IMG/VR virus record: IMGVR_UViG_3300024344_000009
Span: 1 to 59,911 of that record
DNA from: a virus
Taxonomy: Duplodnaviria; Caudoviricetes
Length of the DNA: 59,911 nucleotides
Reading direction: 5' to 3' (one strand)
Below the pieces are notes generated by a model that saw nothing but the letters and a program-made list of their open reading frames with translations, was not told the origin of the DNA and did not search any database. Positions 58,816 to 59,911 of the stretch are shown in pieces (the first letter of the stretch is position 1; each line of letters starts with the position of its first letter). A program made the position numbers and the translations under genes.

Positions 58816-59907
58816 ATGTCTAAAAAACTAACAAATACTGAATTTCTTGAAAAATGTAAAAATATACATGGTGATAAGTACACTTATCCTGATGAATATG
58901 TGAATGCTATAACACCCATTAGAATAATTTGCCCTATACATGGTGAATTTTATCAAAGTCCTAATGGTCATACATCTGGAAGAGGTTGTAAAAACTGCAA
59001 TAAAACAAAAACATTAACAACAAAGGAATTTATTAATAAAGCAAATAAAGCCCATAATAACAAATATGATTATCCCGATGAGTACATTTGTAACAAAGAT
59101 AAAATAAGAATTATATGCCCAAAACACGGTGAATTCTTTCAACGTTCCAGTTCACACTTAGGAAAAAGTGGATGTCCTAAATGTAATAAATCAAAAAAAT
59201 TAACAACAAAAGAATTTATTAATAAAGCTAATACTGTTCATAATAACAAATATGATTATCCTGATAAATATGTGAATTCTATAACGTCTATTAGAATTAC
59301 ATGTCCAATACATGGAGAATTTAAACAAAACCCTGGTAGTCATTTGTCAGGAAAAGGCTGTTCAAAATGTAAAATAGAAATTGCTAAAATAACAAAAACA
59401 CATGACCAATTTTTAAATGATGCATGTTTAATACATGGTGAAAAATACACATATCCAGTCCAATATACACATTCCTGTAAAAAAATAAAAATTATATGCC
59501 CAATACATGGAGAATTCTTTCAGCGACCCAAATCACATACATGTGATAGAAATGGATGTCCCCAATGTTTTAATACACCACACTATTCACAAAAGGCAAT
59601 ATCTTGGTTGGACTCAATAATGAATACTGAAGGAATATTCATTCAACATGCAGAGAATGATGGTGAATATTCAATACCAGGAACAAAATACAAAGCTGAT
59701 GGATATTGTGAAGCCAATAATACAATTTATGAGTTTTACGGTGATAAATTTCACGGAAATTTAAAATTATTTAACGAAAATGAACAATGTCATCCATTTT
59801 CTGATGAATCTGCCGGTAGTTTATATATAAAAACAATGAAACGTGAACAAATCATAAAAAAATTAGGTTATAATTTAATTACTATTTGGGAACATGATTT
59901 TGTCTAA
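58816..59907 (+). CDS. family A endonuclease, 4 Zn repeats
   Basis: MSKKLT start matches paralogs; TTG 58768 is the -35 box. Confidence 0.8.
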   Translation: MSKKLTNTEFLEKCKNIHGDKYTYPDEYVNAITPIRIICPIHGEFYQSPNGHTSGRGCKNCNKTKTLTTKEFINKANKAHNNKYDYPDEYICNKDKIRIICPKHGEFFQRSSSHLGKSGCPKCNKSKKLTTKEFINKANTVHNNKYDYPDKYVNSITSIRITCPIHGEFKQNPGSHLSGKGCSKCKIEIAKITKTHDQFLNDACLIHGEKYTYPVQYTHSCKKIKIICPIHGEFFQRPKSHTCDRNGCPQCFNTPHYSQKAISWLDSIMNTEGIFIQHAENDGEYSIPGTKYKADGYCEANNTIYEFYGDKFHGNLKLFNENEQCHPFSDESAGSLYIKTMKREQIIKKLGYNLITIWEHDFV

Positions 59908-59911
59908 AAAA
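59894..59911 (+). CDS. start of next family A copy (partial)
   Basis: ATGATTTTGTCTAAAAAA is identical to the start of 40422..41537. Confidence 0.6.

Noticed and set aside
1-59911. Stop-codon reassignment
   Set aside because: TAG and TGA both end genes, and core genes are full length in the standard code
1-59911. tRNA or rRNA genes
   Set aside because: No cloverleaf or rRNA-like sequence seen in the short intergenic gaps

Overview
AT-rich fragment of a large T4-related (jumbo-like) myophage genome, standard genetic code. It holds a recombination block (uvsW, uvsY, uvsX, gp32-like ssb) with pyrF and a nucleotidyltransferase, a modular fibre/virion-protein cluster, candidate RNA-repair genes, terminase subunits and neck/tail genes. 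About 36% of the window is 15 complete free-standing Vsr-like nuclease genes (plus the start of a 16th) in two families. Family A has ~62-aa Zn-binding repeats with a hypervariable helix; family B has 23-aa tandem repeats with a hypervariable loop and a GNAT/Mom-like C-terminal domain. Many sit back-to-back with late promoters, form arrays and share modules. The tail-tube 3' UTR looks like a CsrB/RsmY-type GGA-hairpin RNA, and three late structural leaders carry paired ANGGA sites, suggesting a phage CsrA-sponge circuit. All calls come from motif reading only; no database searches were run.
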